From: Podarcis filfolensis
Taxonomy: Eukaryota
Reading direction: 5' to 3' (one strand)
Length of the DNA: 64,000 nt
Assembly (NCBI GenBank): GCA_964270895.1
Contig: OZ185438.1
Made by a program: the position numbers and the translations under genes
Shown: one piece after another, positions 26,431-37,993 of the stretch
Layout: each line of letters opens with the position of its first letter
Position numbering within the stretch: the stretch's first letter is position 1
The notes under the pieces: generated by a model
What the model was told of the DNA's origin: nothing
Databases searched by the model: none
Seen by the model: only the letters and a program-made list of their open reading frames with translations

Positions 26431-27642
26431 ATGAGCACATAGAAAATCCCCATCCCATTCATGTGACAATTGGTTTTCCCCAGCTAGGTTAGCTCATTAC
26501 AATTTCTTTACTATACAGCTAGTCAGCATGTAGAACCTTTGACCCTCGCCCTCTCTCAGAATTCTGCACTCCTAATAGTCTACTGAAAAAACAATGCAAA
26601 ACATTTCTGCAACCTGAAATGGGCTTTTAAAATGAGGTGATGCAACTCAACGCAAGGGCTGATAAGATCTCCAAAAGAGCGCCAAAGAAACAAATACTAA
26701 CTGCTACTAGAAGAAGAAGAAGAAGAGCATATGGCAAAGAAAGAGATAGAGGGGAAAAAATGTAAAGGGGTTTCTTTCAACCAGAAGGGAAGGGTGTACA
26801 CCAAGTTTCATCAAAAATCCGAGACGGTGGGTGATGAAACTCTTGTTTTTTGCGTTGATTTGATGTGGAATGACCCTGTGACTTATCTTTTCAAAAGCAG
26901 AAAGATGTACTCAGCTTGCCTCTGCCTCATACGGGTTTTGGTGCCACTCAGTAATGGTCTGTAAATCTGCAAGCACCTCCTCAATTAAATCTTAATGTAT
27001 TAACAAATTGCAGAAATGGGCTCCCCATCACGCCTAGAGACATCAGCCGGCCCCCCATTCCTTCTTTCCTGACAAAAAGTTTTAATGGACTCAGTAACAC
27101 CTTGCATTTCAACATAGCAGCAACAAAACTATCTGCTCAGTGAAGGAATGGATTGCAGAACAGCAGACAAAACAGCTGTACTCTAGCTAAAATGACCGTT
27201 CTAGTTTTTAGGGTTTCTTCCATGGGAGTTGCGCAGAGCTAACACACAGTAATCACAAAATAGTCAAACCACAGGTCAATAAAATGACCTGGCCACAGGG
27301 AGATTACAATTGTGCCTGCTCTGGATCCTCTTACTGTCAATACACATTTAGATTAATTTAAATTATTCTGAACACGGGAAGCTGAAATTCTCCCATTAAC
27401 AACTACACTGTCAGCATGAACAGTTGCTAGGTTGTCACCCTGTAAGGGCATCCACTCACACGACCAAAACAAACTTAACACTAAAACCAAAACCAAAAGA
27501 ATTTTGCGTATTTTAAAACAAAACTTTTTTAAAAGAAAACAAGTTGCAATGTAACATAGCACTCTCAGTTGAACCAAGGACACATAATTGTTAACCTGAG
27601 CAGTCAGCCACATTTGGTCACTGCCAGAATTTTGTGATAGGA

Positions 27643-27930
27643 CAAAGGTGGCACTGTGGTCTAAACCACAGAGCCTAGGGCTTGCCGATCAGAAGGTCGG
27701 CGGTTTGAATCCCTGCGACGGGAAAGCACATCAATGCAAGTAGATGAATAGGTACTGCTCCGGCGGGAAGGTAAACGGCACTTTTGTGCGCTGCTCTGGT
27801 TCGCCAGAAGCAGCTTAGTCATGCTGTCTGCGGACAAACGCCAGCTCCCTCGGCCTATAGAGCAAGATGAGCGCCGCAACCCCATAGTCTTCCGCGACTG
27901 GACCTAATGGTCAGGGGCACCTTTACCTTT
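27643..27930 (+). mobile_element. Sauria SINE with internal deletion
   Basis: Consensus lacking about 50 bp after the B-box; 17-bp TSD agaattttgKgatRgga at 27626-27642 and 27931-27947. Confidence 0.88.
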
Positions 27931-28218
27931 AGAATTTTGGGATGGGAAGAGTGCCTAGTCTTCAACATTATTCTCAGCTTTGAAGGTACTTGCAGAATCA
28001 ATCCACAAGCTCCTTTTTTGTGTGGCCCCATACTATTGCTGTGCCATCACATTATGGACCAAACATATCTGTGGACATATTCCCTTTGACCTGATCTAGC
28101 AGAGATCCTGATCTGAACAAGCAAGAGTGTAGTGCAGAAACACAGAGACTATATACTACATGGATGGAAAAGCAATTATTAATGCTTTGCTGCTGCTACA
28201 GCAAAGTGACTGGGCAAA

Positions 28219-28325
28219 ATCATATAATTGTAGAGTTGGAAGAGATCCTGAGGATCATCGAGTCCAACTCTCTGCAATGCAGGAATATGCAGTTGTTCCC
28301 TTACAGGAACCAAACCTACAAGGAT
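28219..28325 (-). mobile_element. tRNA/CR1-tail SINE fragment (Squam2-like)
   Basis: atcatataattgtagagttggaagagatcc...gcaatgcaggaat matches the 3' part of the 19480 family. Confidence 0.65.
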
Positions 28326-30096
28326 AAGGTCCCAAATTTCCAAGTGATGCTAGTATTATTCATTTCTGGAAAAGGCACTCGGCTTTGAATGTCTACTCAG
28401 GCATATCAGCACATAATTACTATTTTTTAAGTTAAAGGCACAGTTGTTAATTTATGCAAAAACAGGCCAACTCCCACCATGACTTGGTGAAACATGCCAC
28501 TAGCTCCCTCTTAACAGAATTTCAAATATGGATGTTCCCACCGCATAGGACTGAGCAATCTGCGAAGCAAGTTTTCCCTCCCTAAACAGTTTGTTGACCC
28601 AGATTAAAGCAGAGCAGGATCTCTTCAAAACCATGGTTTGAACTGTAGCACAGAAATAGGTCAGAAGTCGGCTAGCAGAGTTGGAGGAGCCGAAGTTAAA
28701 CATCAAGACACACCTGCAAACACTCGTCCCTTTTTTCAGTGTTGCCCTATAATCCTCTCCACTGGTATAATATGTCTTTTGGCATGCCACCACATCACTA
28801 TTAAGATACAGCTTTTTGATCTGACGCTGGAGCAATGGAGGGGGTTACAGCAGAGACAAGAAAATCGAAAGACACACATGCACACAAGCTTTGTGTTCGT
28901 GCATTTGAACCTGGTATACATTACAAATTTTTAGCATCCGATACACTGTAATATCCACCACCATATTAGCAGCAATTTGAATATGGATTTTATGAATATG
29001 AACTTCATTTACTCTCTTTTAATGTAAATGCACTGAGAAAGGTCTACAATCGCAACAGATAAAATTTAGACAGGATTATATCCTCCCTCACCTTTACAAC
29101 TCTTCCACAGTTAGATACCATTCTAAGACTAAAAATTCCCACAAATGTGCCACCCATTTTACAGCAACATGGTTGGACATACCGTGTCAAGTGTCTTAAC
29201 CCTGTTCACATTGTTCCCCTGAAATGCAGGTGTTGGGTATGTAAAAGCCTGCTCTTTTGTCAAAGTGTGCAATGCAATGCGCACACAGCAAGCAGCCACT
29301 CTAACTTACATATCCTTTGTTTACAGGAAACCTCAAGTTATGGGCTACCTCAAAAGCTAAATATGCAGTTTCCTTACAAGACGAAAGAATGTTGCACACA
29401 CCACTACTAGCACAGAAGCTGTACATGCACATTGCATATATGTGGTTTTAAAACAGTATTGCAAAATGCACTGTGTACATCATATTGTTCAGCCTTAAAT
29501 CTGTTATTAATCATGAAATGATTCATCACAGAATGGATTTTTTTTTTTTTTTTTGGTATTCTGATGTGTGACCAGAGTGAAAAGGGGGGGGGGGAATCTG
29601 ACCGCAGTACCTTCTTGACCGTATTTTGTCCAGTTTTAACAGAAAAACTAACCAATCCTTATAACAGTTAACATAAACCCAGCTCACACAAACACACGAC
29701 TGCATCACCAGCTGTCCTTTCCTTGGCCAAAATGCATGGTTTCTGCCCATGAGTTGTAGGACAGCAGCGAGGAATGAAAGTTAAAAAGCACTCTGAAAAA
29801 ATAGGTGTGCTGGAGGTCAATGAGAAGGCAAGACAGATTCCATCAAGATGACAAAAACAAATGTTTTTTTTTGGAGGCAGTGAAGATGTTTTAAAGCAGT
29901 AACAAAAATACACTCCTGTACAATCCAAAACAAGAAGCTCCCCTATCCCTTCCAGCTAATTATCTGCAAAATCAACAACATGCCACTTAGAATACACATT
30001 GCTCTGGTGCTCTGTTTGCAGCGTTAACTGTACAATTGATATCAGTCAAATTTAAACTTGAAGTCTCCTGTAATATGCTATTGTTCAAAGAAAGTT

Positions 30097-30235
30097 TAGA
30101 ATCACAGAATTGTAGAGTTGGAAGGGACCCTCATCTAGCACAGCCCCTTGCAATGCAGGAATACACAGCTCTTCCTTACGTGGATCAAACTTGCAATCTT
30201 GGTGTTATCAGCACCATGCTCTAACCAAGTCCAGC
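30097..30235 (-). mobile_element. tRNA/CR1-tail SINE (Squam2-like)
   Basis: tagaatcacagaattgtagagttggaagggacc...catgctctaacc. Confidence 0.7.
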
Positions 30236-30256
30236 TGACTTTAGCCTAGAAAAGAA

Positions 30257-30362
30257 TTCTTCTTCTTCTTTGGCAATCACTCGTAGCCACATAAGATTGT
30301 CTTCCGTGAACACCGTCTTAACAGTGAGTCCATAAGCGACTGTGGAGGCCAATTCTGGATCT
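30257..30362 (-). mobile_element. RTE LINE extreme 3' fragment (same family as 18109-18392)
   Basis: Reverse complement matches 18295-18392 (tccagaattggcctccacagtc...gccaaagaag). Confidence 0.8.
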
Positions 30363-30560
30363 AAATGTTTTATGCAAGCTACTTGCAGGTCAGGACTCAC
30401 AGCCAACTCCCTTTTCTATTTGTTGCACTGCTACTCCTTCAACCCCACTCAACTATACTACCACTTATCCTACTAGTCTCAGCCTCCAAGGCCATCCTAG
30501 GAGTCTGTCCTGATTCAAGACGAACCATGCACAGTGCAGATTGGCAGTCTCAAAAGCCCC

Positions 30561-30869
30561 ATCATTCAGCCCGGACACTGAGGTCCAGCGCCGAGGGCCT
30601 TCTGGCGGTTCCCTCGCTGCGAGAAGTGAGGTTACAGGGAACCAGGCAGAGGGCCTTCTTGGTAGTGGCGCCTGCCCTGTGGAACGCCCTCCCAGGAGAT
30701 GTCAAGGCAATAAACAACTATTTTACTTTTAAAATACAACTGAAGGTGGCCCTGTTTAGGGAAGTTTTTAATGTCTGACGCTGCATTGTTTTCAACATTC
30801 AGTTGGAAGCCACACAGAGTGGCTGGGGAAACCCAGCCAGATGGGCGGGGTATAAATAATAAATTTATT
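30561..30869 (+). mobile_element. L2 LINE 3' fragment
   Basis: ARTLRSSAEGLLAVP...RAFLVVAPALWNALP...FKIQLKVALFREVF*, then 3'UTR cccagccagatgggcggggtataaataat. Confidence 0.88.
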
Positions 30870-32114
30870 GGGAAGTTCTGCCACTTCCCAAGTCATCCCA
30901 AGTTCAAGCACTGGCTCAAAGGACAGGTGGGTGAACAAATCGAGAATGCAGCTTCCACAGTGCTACCCTGTATTAAAGGAGGCAGTGTTACAGAAAGTGC
31001 ACACAGTTCTGTTTCTTGCTACAGGAGAAACATTGCTCTGGCATCTGAGTATAACTTGCAGAGAACCTGTTCGGTGCTAAACTACAAAGGCTGGTGTGGC
31101 TTTTTAAAAGGAAGAATGCATGAATACTGATTAACCAGATGTTCCTTGTCAAAATTATCACAGCTGGGAGAAAAAAAATGTCACTGATAAATATCAAACT
31201 GCCAAAAAAAGCAACCACAAGCGCCTAATATATGCTTATGTTCTCAGGCAGGAAAAAAACACTCCTAGAAACTTTGAACCTTTGTATCTTCTGAAGAAAC
31301 AATGAAATGCCACTTAACAACACACACACACAAATATACTACAAGATACAACTTTATCCCAATCAGAAAAGATGTTTCTATATCGGACTATCTTCAACTT
31401 ATTTCTATGGGTGATAATTCAACTAAGTCATGCTGTCGTTCTGGCCAGTAGAATTCTGTATCAATTCATTTTCAGTTCTAATTTAAGATTCTGGTATTAG
31501 TCTTTAAAGTCCTAAGTGTGGGTCGAGGTTATCTTAACAACCACCTGCACCTATATGAACCTGCCTGAGCTTTTAAGGTGCCTGGCTCCCTGCTTAGAGC
31601 TGTAATACTGACAAGCATTAAAGGACAAAGCCTTTTCTGTGGTGACCCCATATCCTTGGAATCATCCCCCCCTAAAAAAAAAAATACACATGGCATCTTC
31701 TTTGCTACGTCTTTAGGAGAGACTTGGAGACTTTTGTTGTTGTTGCTCAAGTCTTATTTTGGGTAATTTTATGGTGTTGTACTTTAATTATAGTTTTTAC
31801 TGCTGCTGCTGCTATTTTAATTTTGTTTCTGCAAGCAGCTTTGAGACCCAGATGAGGTAGTTTTAAAACAAATAAATGATCCGGAGTTTTTAGTATATAG
31901 TTATTTATTACTGACTATGTTGTGAGATGCCATTTAAGGAAAGATAATCTTAAAGCTGGGGAAAAAACCCAACAAGGCCCGTCTAGCTAGTAAACATATG
32001 AACAAATTTAACAACTGCCATACCCTGACAATTGTAAAAACCTGTTACCTGTGACTTTGTGTCACTGGAGGAACTGTTGCAGAATGAGACTATTGAAAAT
32101 GAGATTCTAAATTA

Positions 32115-32356
32115 CAGTGGTACCTCAGGTTAAGTACTTAATTCGTTCTGGAGGTCCGTACTTAACCTGAAACTGTTCTTAACCTGAAGCACCACTTTAG
32201 CTAATGGGGCCTCCTGCTGCCGCTGCATCGCCGCTGCACGATTTCTGTTCTCATCCTGAAGCAAAGTTCTTAACCTGAAGCAGTATTTCTGGGTTAGCAG
32301 AGTCTGTAACCTGAAGCGTATGTAACCTGAAGTGAATGTAACCCGAGGTACCACTG
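32115..32356. mobile_element. Tc1/mariner MITE, family A
   Basis: cagtggtacctc TIRs, TA TSD. Confidence 0.88.
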
Positions 32357-32399
32357 TAGTTTATACAAACCACTAGAAAAATCCTTCAGGAGTGACAAT

Positions 32400-33215
32400 A
32401 CACAATTCATACAGCCTACCTCCAGGTTAAACAAGCATTTTGTTTAGAATATAGGGCTCATTTGTCTTGCAACCACCGATAAAAACTTTGCCACTGCTAA
32501 TGTTCTAACATTTGTCCGGTCTTCCAGTAGGAACCTGACATAGTGAGCCTCTGATTTTCCCGGGAAAGGTACCAGCAAGGGTAGTATCAGTTCAGCCCTG
32601 GCTTGCTCATATTTTGCACAATGCAACAAAATATGTTTTATGGAATCGATGTCTTGAGCACACGAGCAAAGTCTGTCCTGGTAGGGAACTCCTCTCAACC
32701 TGCCATCCAACACTGCAGAAGGAAAGACATTTAGTCTGGCTTTGGTGAAAAGCCTTCGGTAGTTTGGTACTGTCAGGTTTTTAATGTTAGATGTTAACTT
32801 AAAGACATACCCATATTGAACTCCTACTGCCAGCGGACTACAGACTGCGTGTGATCGTGATCGCAAGTCACTGTGTGCATTATCCCATATTCTTTGCTTT
32901 GACATCTTTTGGGCACCTTCATAACCCAGGTAATACAGTTGGGGGCGGGGGGAGACAGAACAATTGAGGTGGCTTTTTTAGCCATGGTTTTCTGCCATTT
33001 GCTGACAAATTCCTCATCGGTCAGGTGTTGGTACAAACCCTTCCCTAGATTAAACACTGAAATCCTGAGCCAATGTTTTAGGGCAGCCCGCCATGCTTTA
33101 GTTGAAATTGGGCATTCACCAGCTTCTAACAGAAGTACGGAGTTGGGGACGCAGTTGGGTACTTTTATTTAAAATGCACCTCTGGGTTATTTGTGGGGCA
33201 TAGGAATTCGTTCAT
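32400..33215 (-). mobile_element. non-LTR retrotransposon ORF2 3' fragment, RTE-X-like
   Basis: IKVPNCVPNSVLLLEAGE...AWRAALKHWLR (frameshift at a C-run near 32945) ...YRRLFTKARLNVFPSAVLDGR...RLCSCAQDIDSIKHILLHCAKY carries a CxC..H..C knuckle typical of RTEX-like ORF2 C-termini. The clade assignment is inferred. Confidence 0.65.
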
Positions 33216-33227
33216 CCCCCCCCCCCC

Positions 33228-33324
33228 GGTGTGCTTTCGAACTGCTAGGTTGGCAGGAGCAGGGACCGAGAAACAAGAGCTTACCCTGTTGTGGGGATTC
33301 AAACCTCCAACCTTCCGATTGGGC
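33228..33324 (-). mobile_element. Sauria SINE fragment (3' part missing)
   Basis: Matches 37897-37993; abuts a C12 run and the RTEX-like fragment. Confidence 0.85.
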
Positions 33325-33883
33325 ACCACAAAACGAATTCCCTTAAATTCATGGGTTATTTGTACAAGATCTAGGGTTTCCCGAAGCAGCGCCCATGGGC
33401 AGCACAGCACCCAATGCCCCCTCGATGCCCATCAAAGCCCTCCGAACAAATAAATAAAATGTTGTCAGTTGTTGCCTACTTTCCTTTACCTTGATTAGCA
33501 GCAGGCTGGGCTAACTGGAAAAAAAGGAAGAGAAGGCTCCAAGCTGCCCCACCTTCTTCCCAGATAACCAGCTGTTGTTTCCTTTCTTGGAAAAGAAAGG
33601 GTCAAAAGGGGTTGGGGTGGCAAGGAGAGAGGGGAAAAAGAAACCGATATGCTCCACCTTGTATCCCCCCTCCAAATCTCTTCAGATAGGACCCTGCCAC
33701 TGGGGAATGAATGGGAGGCAGTAGGATGCAAAGTGAGTGCTGAGCCGGGGGGGTTCTTTTCGGAGTTTTTCTTTGCGTTTTGCCTCTCTTACTTAATTCT
33801 GGAGTAGGCGTGTGGGTCTTGGCCTCTTTTTTTGGTTTTGAAGTTGGGGGGGCGGCTTCCCTGTTTTGGGGGAGGGGGTTGTA

Positions 33884-34109
33884 CAGTGGTACCTCGGGTT
33901 ACATATGCTTCAGGTTACAGACTCCGCTAACCCAGAAATAGTGCTTCAGGTTAAGAACTTTGCTTCAGGATGAGAACACAAATCGTGCTCCGGCGGCGCG
34001 GCAGCAGCAGGAGGCCCCATTAGCTAAAGTGATGCTTCAGGTTAAGAACAGTTTCAGGTTAAGAACGGACCTCCGGAACAAATTAAGTACTTAACCCGAG
34101 GTACCACTG
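33884..34109. mobile_element. Tc1/mariner MITE, family A (in duplication copy 1)
   Basis: cagtggtacctc TIRs, TA TSD; counterpart at 38572-38821. Confidence 0.88.
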
Positions 34110-34695
34110 TACTCATTTTCTCAGGCAAGTTATTTGTTCTCTGGGACCAGATAGGCCCTCCAAGCGGTCATCTTGTTGTGGTTGCAAAACTGCCCCGTGA
34201 ACACCGATTTATGGCGGCGTTCACAACAGTTCTGCCGACTTCCAAACGTGCCCGCAGTCCCAAAAATGACCCACAAAAGAAGAAGCGGAAGGTATACAGA
34301 ATAGCGTGGGAGACATGAAAAGCGTGAACTTGGATGACGATAGTGACGGCTCCTTAGCACGATGCATGGGAGAGGAGGAGAGATTCCTCTGCTGAGTTTT
34401 AAGGGAGCAGGAAGATTTAGATTACGAGAAGGAAAATTTTACTTTCCAGTTCCCCAGTTCCAATGTCAGCCCACACCTGCCTACTTTAAATAATGAGCCT
34501 TCAGGGCATAAAATTACCTCTTTTACATAGCACTGTAAACTCCTAGGATTGGCTTGTTCCAAAATTAAAAGGTTTTCTCTCTTTCTCTTCTATTTCAAGT
34601 ATTGGAGTATTTCTTCTTTTCTTTCTTGTTCTTTATCTTCAGATATTAAACAAACGTTAATTTAAAAAATATTTCAAGAGGTGTATCTCTCTTAA

Positions 34696-34856
34696 AGACT
34701 ATCTGACTTTTAGAAGACATCTGAAGGCAGCCCTTTTTAGGGAAGTTTTTAATGTTTGATTGTTTTATCGTATTTTTAATGTTCTTTTGGGAGCTGCCCA
34801 GAGTGGCTGGGGAAACCCAGCCAGATGAGCAGGGTATAAATAATTATTATTATTAC
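34696..34856 (+). mobile_element. L2 LINE 3' end (copy 1; counterpart about 39408-39568)
   Basis: ctgaaggcagccctttttagggaagtttttaatg...cccagccagatgagcagggtataaataattatt, same family as 30561. Confidence 0.8.
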
Positions 34857-35130
34857 TTTAGGCACCCCAACCAGATCCTGAGCAGACCACAAGGGTCACA
34901 GGGTAGCCTACTTAATAGATTGGTTCTGCCTTACTCCAAATGTTCCTCACTGCTTTGTGGAGCAATCTGCTGAACAAACCAGGAAACTCCTTCCTTGATC
35001 CCTTGGAATTCAGCTTTTAAGAATGCACATTGTCCTTCCTTCCACATTTCTAGGCAGAGAAAGGCAATGAAGAGGATTTGGCCACAGGTTCCATATAAAC
35101 AAAAGAAGAGGGTGGAACTGAGAAATAAGA

Positions 35131-35343
35131 CAAAAAATTTTTTTTCCTTCCAGTAGCACCTTAAAGACCAACAGTTAGTTCTTGGTATGAGCTTTCGTGT
35201 GCATGCACACTTCTTCAGATACACTCCTTCAGATACACACGAAAGCTCATACCAAGAACTAACTGTTGGTCTTTAAGGTGCTACTGGAAGGAAAAAAAAA
35301 TTTTTGTTTTGACTATGGCAGACCAACACGGCTACCTATCTGT
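35131..35343. mobile_element. Penelope-like element (PLE) short insertion with inverted pseudo-LTR
   Basis: Perfect 15-bp TSD aactgagaaataaga (35116-35130, 35344-35358); empty site at about 39828-39842; arms 35131-35201 and 35236-35306 are inverted repeats; sequence resembles reptile PLE pLTRs (gaaagctcatacc...ctttaaggtgctactgga...ggcagaccaacacggctacc) and carries a hammerhead motif. Confidence 0.85.
35185..35222 (-). ncRNA. minimal type I hammerhead ribozyme motif
   Basis: Minus strand reads GUAU-CUGAAGA-A-GUGUGC-AU-GCACAC-GAAA-GC-UC-AUAC: stem I GUAU/AUAC, core CUGANGA, 6-bp stem II, GAAA, palindromic AGCU stem III and a CUC cleavage triplet. Confidence 0.85.
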
Positions 35344-36865
35344 AACTGAGAAATAAGAGTTCTGCTTGCAAAAGTACCTTCTCCAAAACAGAATCTGTGG
35401 CATTTTGGATATTATATAAGATGAGGGGAAATGAGTGGTGTGTGTGAAATCAACCAAGTCCCATGGATTTCACAGTTGGCAAATACACACTGCATAAAAA
35501 CAGAAAAGAATATTATGTTTACTCGCCTTTCCAATTCAATGTCTAAATCAAGACCATCGTGATCTGGGAATTTCCATGTTGGGTGCAGAATCACTGATCC
35601 TCTGTCTATAAGCTATCGTCACAGAATTTCAGTGTTTCACCCAGGCTCGGGTGGCAAGACACAATTCCCTTTACAACAGCTAAGTCCTATGTTTAAGGGA
35701 AAAGAGAAATAAATATCCGACTGGTCACCTGGTGCGTTGCAGTTATCCGCTCCAGCATGCAGATAATGGTTCATATATAGTGCAAGTCACTGCCAGTCTC
35801 AAAACTTTGAAGTTTGTATGAGATCTGGCCCTATCTGTTCTTTTGGCCTATTGATTTTCACATGAAAGAGCCGCTGCTGTTCTCAATTCACTTTTTCCAG
35901 AAGCATCGCAGCGCTGCTATCATTTGCGGGGGTGGGTGGGGTGGGGATTGGTTTCTAAACTGTGCAAATTTAACCTTGATCTTACCTACAAAGGACAAAA
36001 CTCCGAAACTTCTAATATTGCAAACCCGATTACTAATCCCCTAGAAAGCTATTACCTACTTTCTAAGGGAGTCTACTGTGTTGCTGTCTGTAAATGCTAT
36101 TACCGACCCTTCTGTCCTCTGAAAGGGAAACATGTATTCTAATCTGTATGATCAGAATACTGCAGATATTTTACAGTTTAAATAAAATTGCTAATTGGGC
36201 AGTGGGGGGGGGGGAAATCTCGCATAGATACAATACAATCAAGTTACTTATTTAGTTCGGGCATCACAGAAACAAATGTCACAACTGGTAGTATTCATAA
36301 TTTTTCTGTTCTTTCACAATCATAAATCTGATTGAGGAAATTGAGAGGAGTTAGGATTGCCAACTGGCCAATGAAACACGGCCTGCCCATGTCTCTTTAA
36401 GAGCAACTTGATATGCACGAATAACATCAAGTTAAAAACACAGCTAAGAAGGCTAGTTAAAACTTTGGCAACATCACAAGAGGAAAAGAAGAGAAGAATA
36501 GATTAGTGAAAGCCAGGCAAGGTTGAGAGTCAGGGATAAGGGAATGTAAATAAGCTGGATTATGACTCTGCCTTTTGCCCCTCGGTTGAAGAGCAGGGGC
36601 AGCTATTTAATAAATGATATGGATAAGGCAGGAAAAGCTGATTTCTTAAATGATACTGAAGGGCAAGGGATAGGGATAGCCTTACCAGATTTCTATCCAT
36701 CATGTAACATTACTTACAATAAATAAATAAAAAACAGGAGTAGCAATTTGTTCTATGTTTGGAGTCGCTTAAAAAATAATAATCGTATGGCTCGTGACTG
36801 CAGCCCACATAAGAAACAACAGGTGCTGTTTTCCCACTTAGCTTCAGAGACTGTTGAGAGCTGAT

Positions 36866-37065
36866 NNNNNNNNNNNNNNNNNNNNNNNNNNNNNNNNNNN
36901 NNNNNNNNNNNNNNNNNNNNNNNNNNNNNNNNNNNNNNNNNNNNNNNNNNNNNNNNNNNNNNNNNNNNNNNNNNNNNNNNNNNNNNNNNNNNNNNNNNNN
37001 NNNNNNNNNNNNNNNNNNNNNNNNNNNNNNNNNNNNNNNNNNNNNNNNNNNNNNNNNNNNNNNNN
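36866..37065. other. assembly gap (200 N)
   Basis: Run of N. Confidence 0.99.
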
Positions 37066-37684
37066 GTGTATGTTTAACTTACAGTAAGCATTCTAGGAAC
37101 TGATTTTGCTTCATCCTCTGAATTGTTGATATGTTCAGGAATTAATTTGAAGCTGAAGTGGGTTGAATGCTGAAAATACATGGTAAGATTTACTACATTT
37201 CTATCCTGCCTTTCCTACAAGGAGTTTTACATTCCCCCCGCCCCCCAGCCCATTTTATTTTTACAACAACCCTGTGAGGTAGATTGACCAGTGTTTGGAA
37301 AGTTCATTTTAAAAAGGAACTGCTTTTCCCCCGTTTATTCTGTGCAAAAATTTCCAGTCATACACTTGTAGTATAAAATGAATTCATAAAAAGCTCATGT
37401 AGGGTCTAAAAATAAATCAGGGGCAACACATAAGTAATAAAATGTCTGACAGATGAATGTCAGCAGATGCAGCTTTCCCCATAATTGTATTTTCAGACTA
37501 AGAAAGGTTTACCCTGTTTAATTTCTGCCTGCCACACAGCTGTTAGAGGCACAAGGCATCACTTGGTTCTTGTACCTGTATTTCCTGCTACAAACTGCTC
37601 CTGTGGGAAAAGAACAAATATCCTCATAGAGGAATATACAGTCATAACTCAGGTTACAGCCATTTCAGGTTGTGTTTTTTTTTG

Positions 37685-37993
37685 GGTAAAGATAAAGGGA
37701 CCCCTGACCATTAAGTCCAGTCGCAGACGACTCTGGGGTTGCGGCACTCATCTCGCTTTACTGGCCGAGGGAGCTGGCGTTTTTTCCGGGTCATGTGGGC
37801 CAGCATGACTAAGCCGCTTCTGGCAAAACCAGAGCAGCACACAGAAAACACCGTTTACCTTCCCGCCGGAGCGGTACCTATTTATCTACTTGCACTGGTG
37901 TGCTTTCGAAATGCTAGGTTGGCAGGAGCAGGGACCGAGCAACAAGAGCTTACCCTGTTGTGGGGATTCAAACCTCCAACCTTCCGATCGGGC
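37685..37993 (-). mobile_element. Sauria SINE, 5' head truncated
   Basis: Tail ggtaaagataaagggacccc at 37685; similarity is lost after ccttccgatcgggca. Confidence 0.88.

Larger units (their letters stand above)
33228..36865 (+). repeat. segmental direct repeat, copy 1
   Basis: Near-identical to 37897-41352 throughout; ends exactly at the N gap. Confidence 0.95.
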
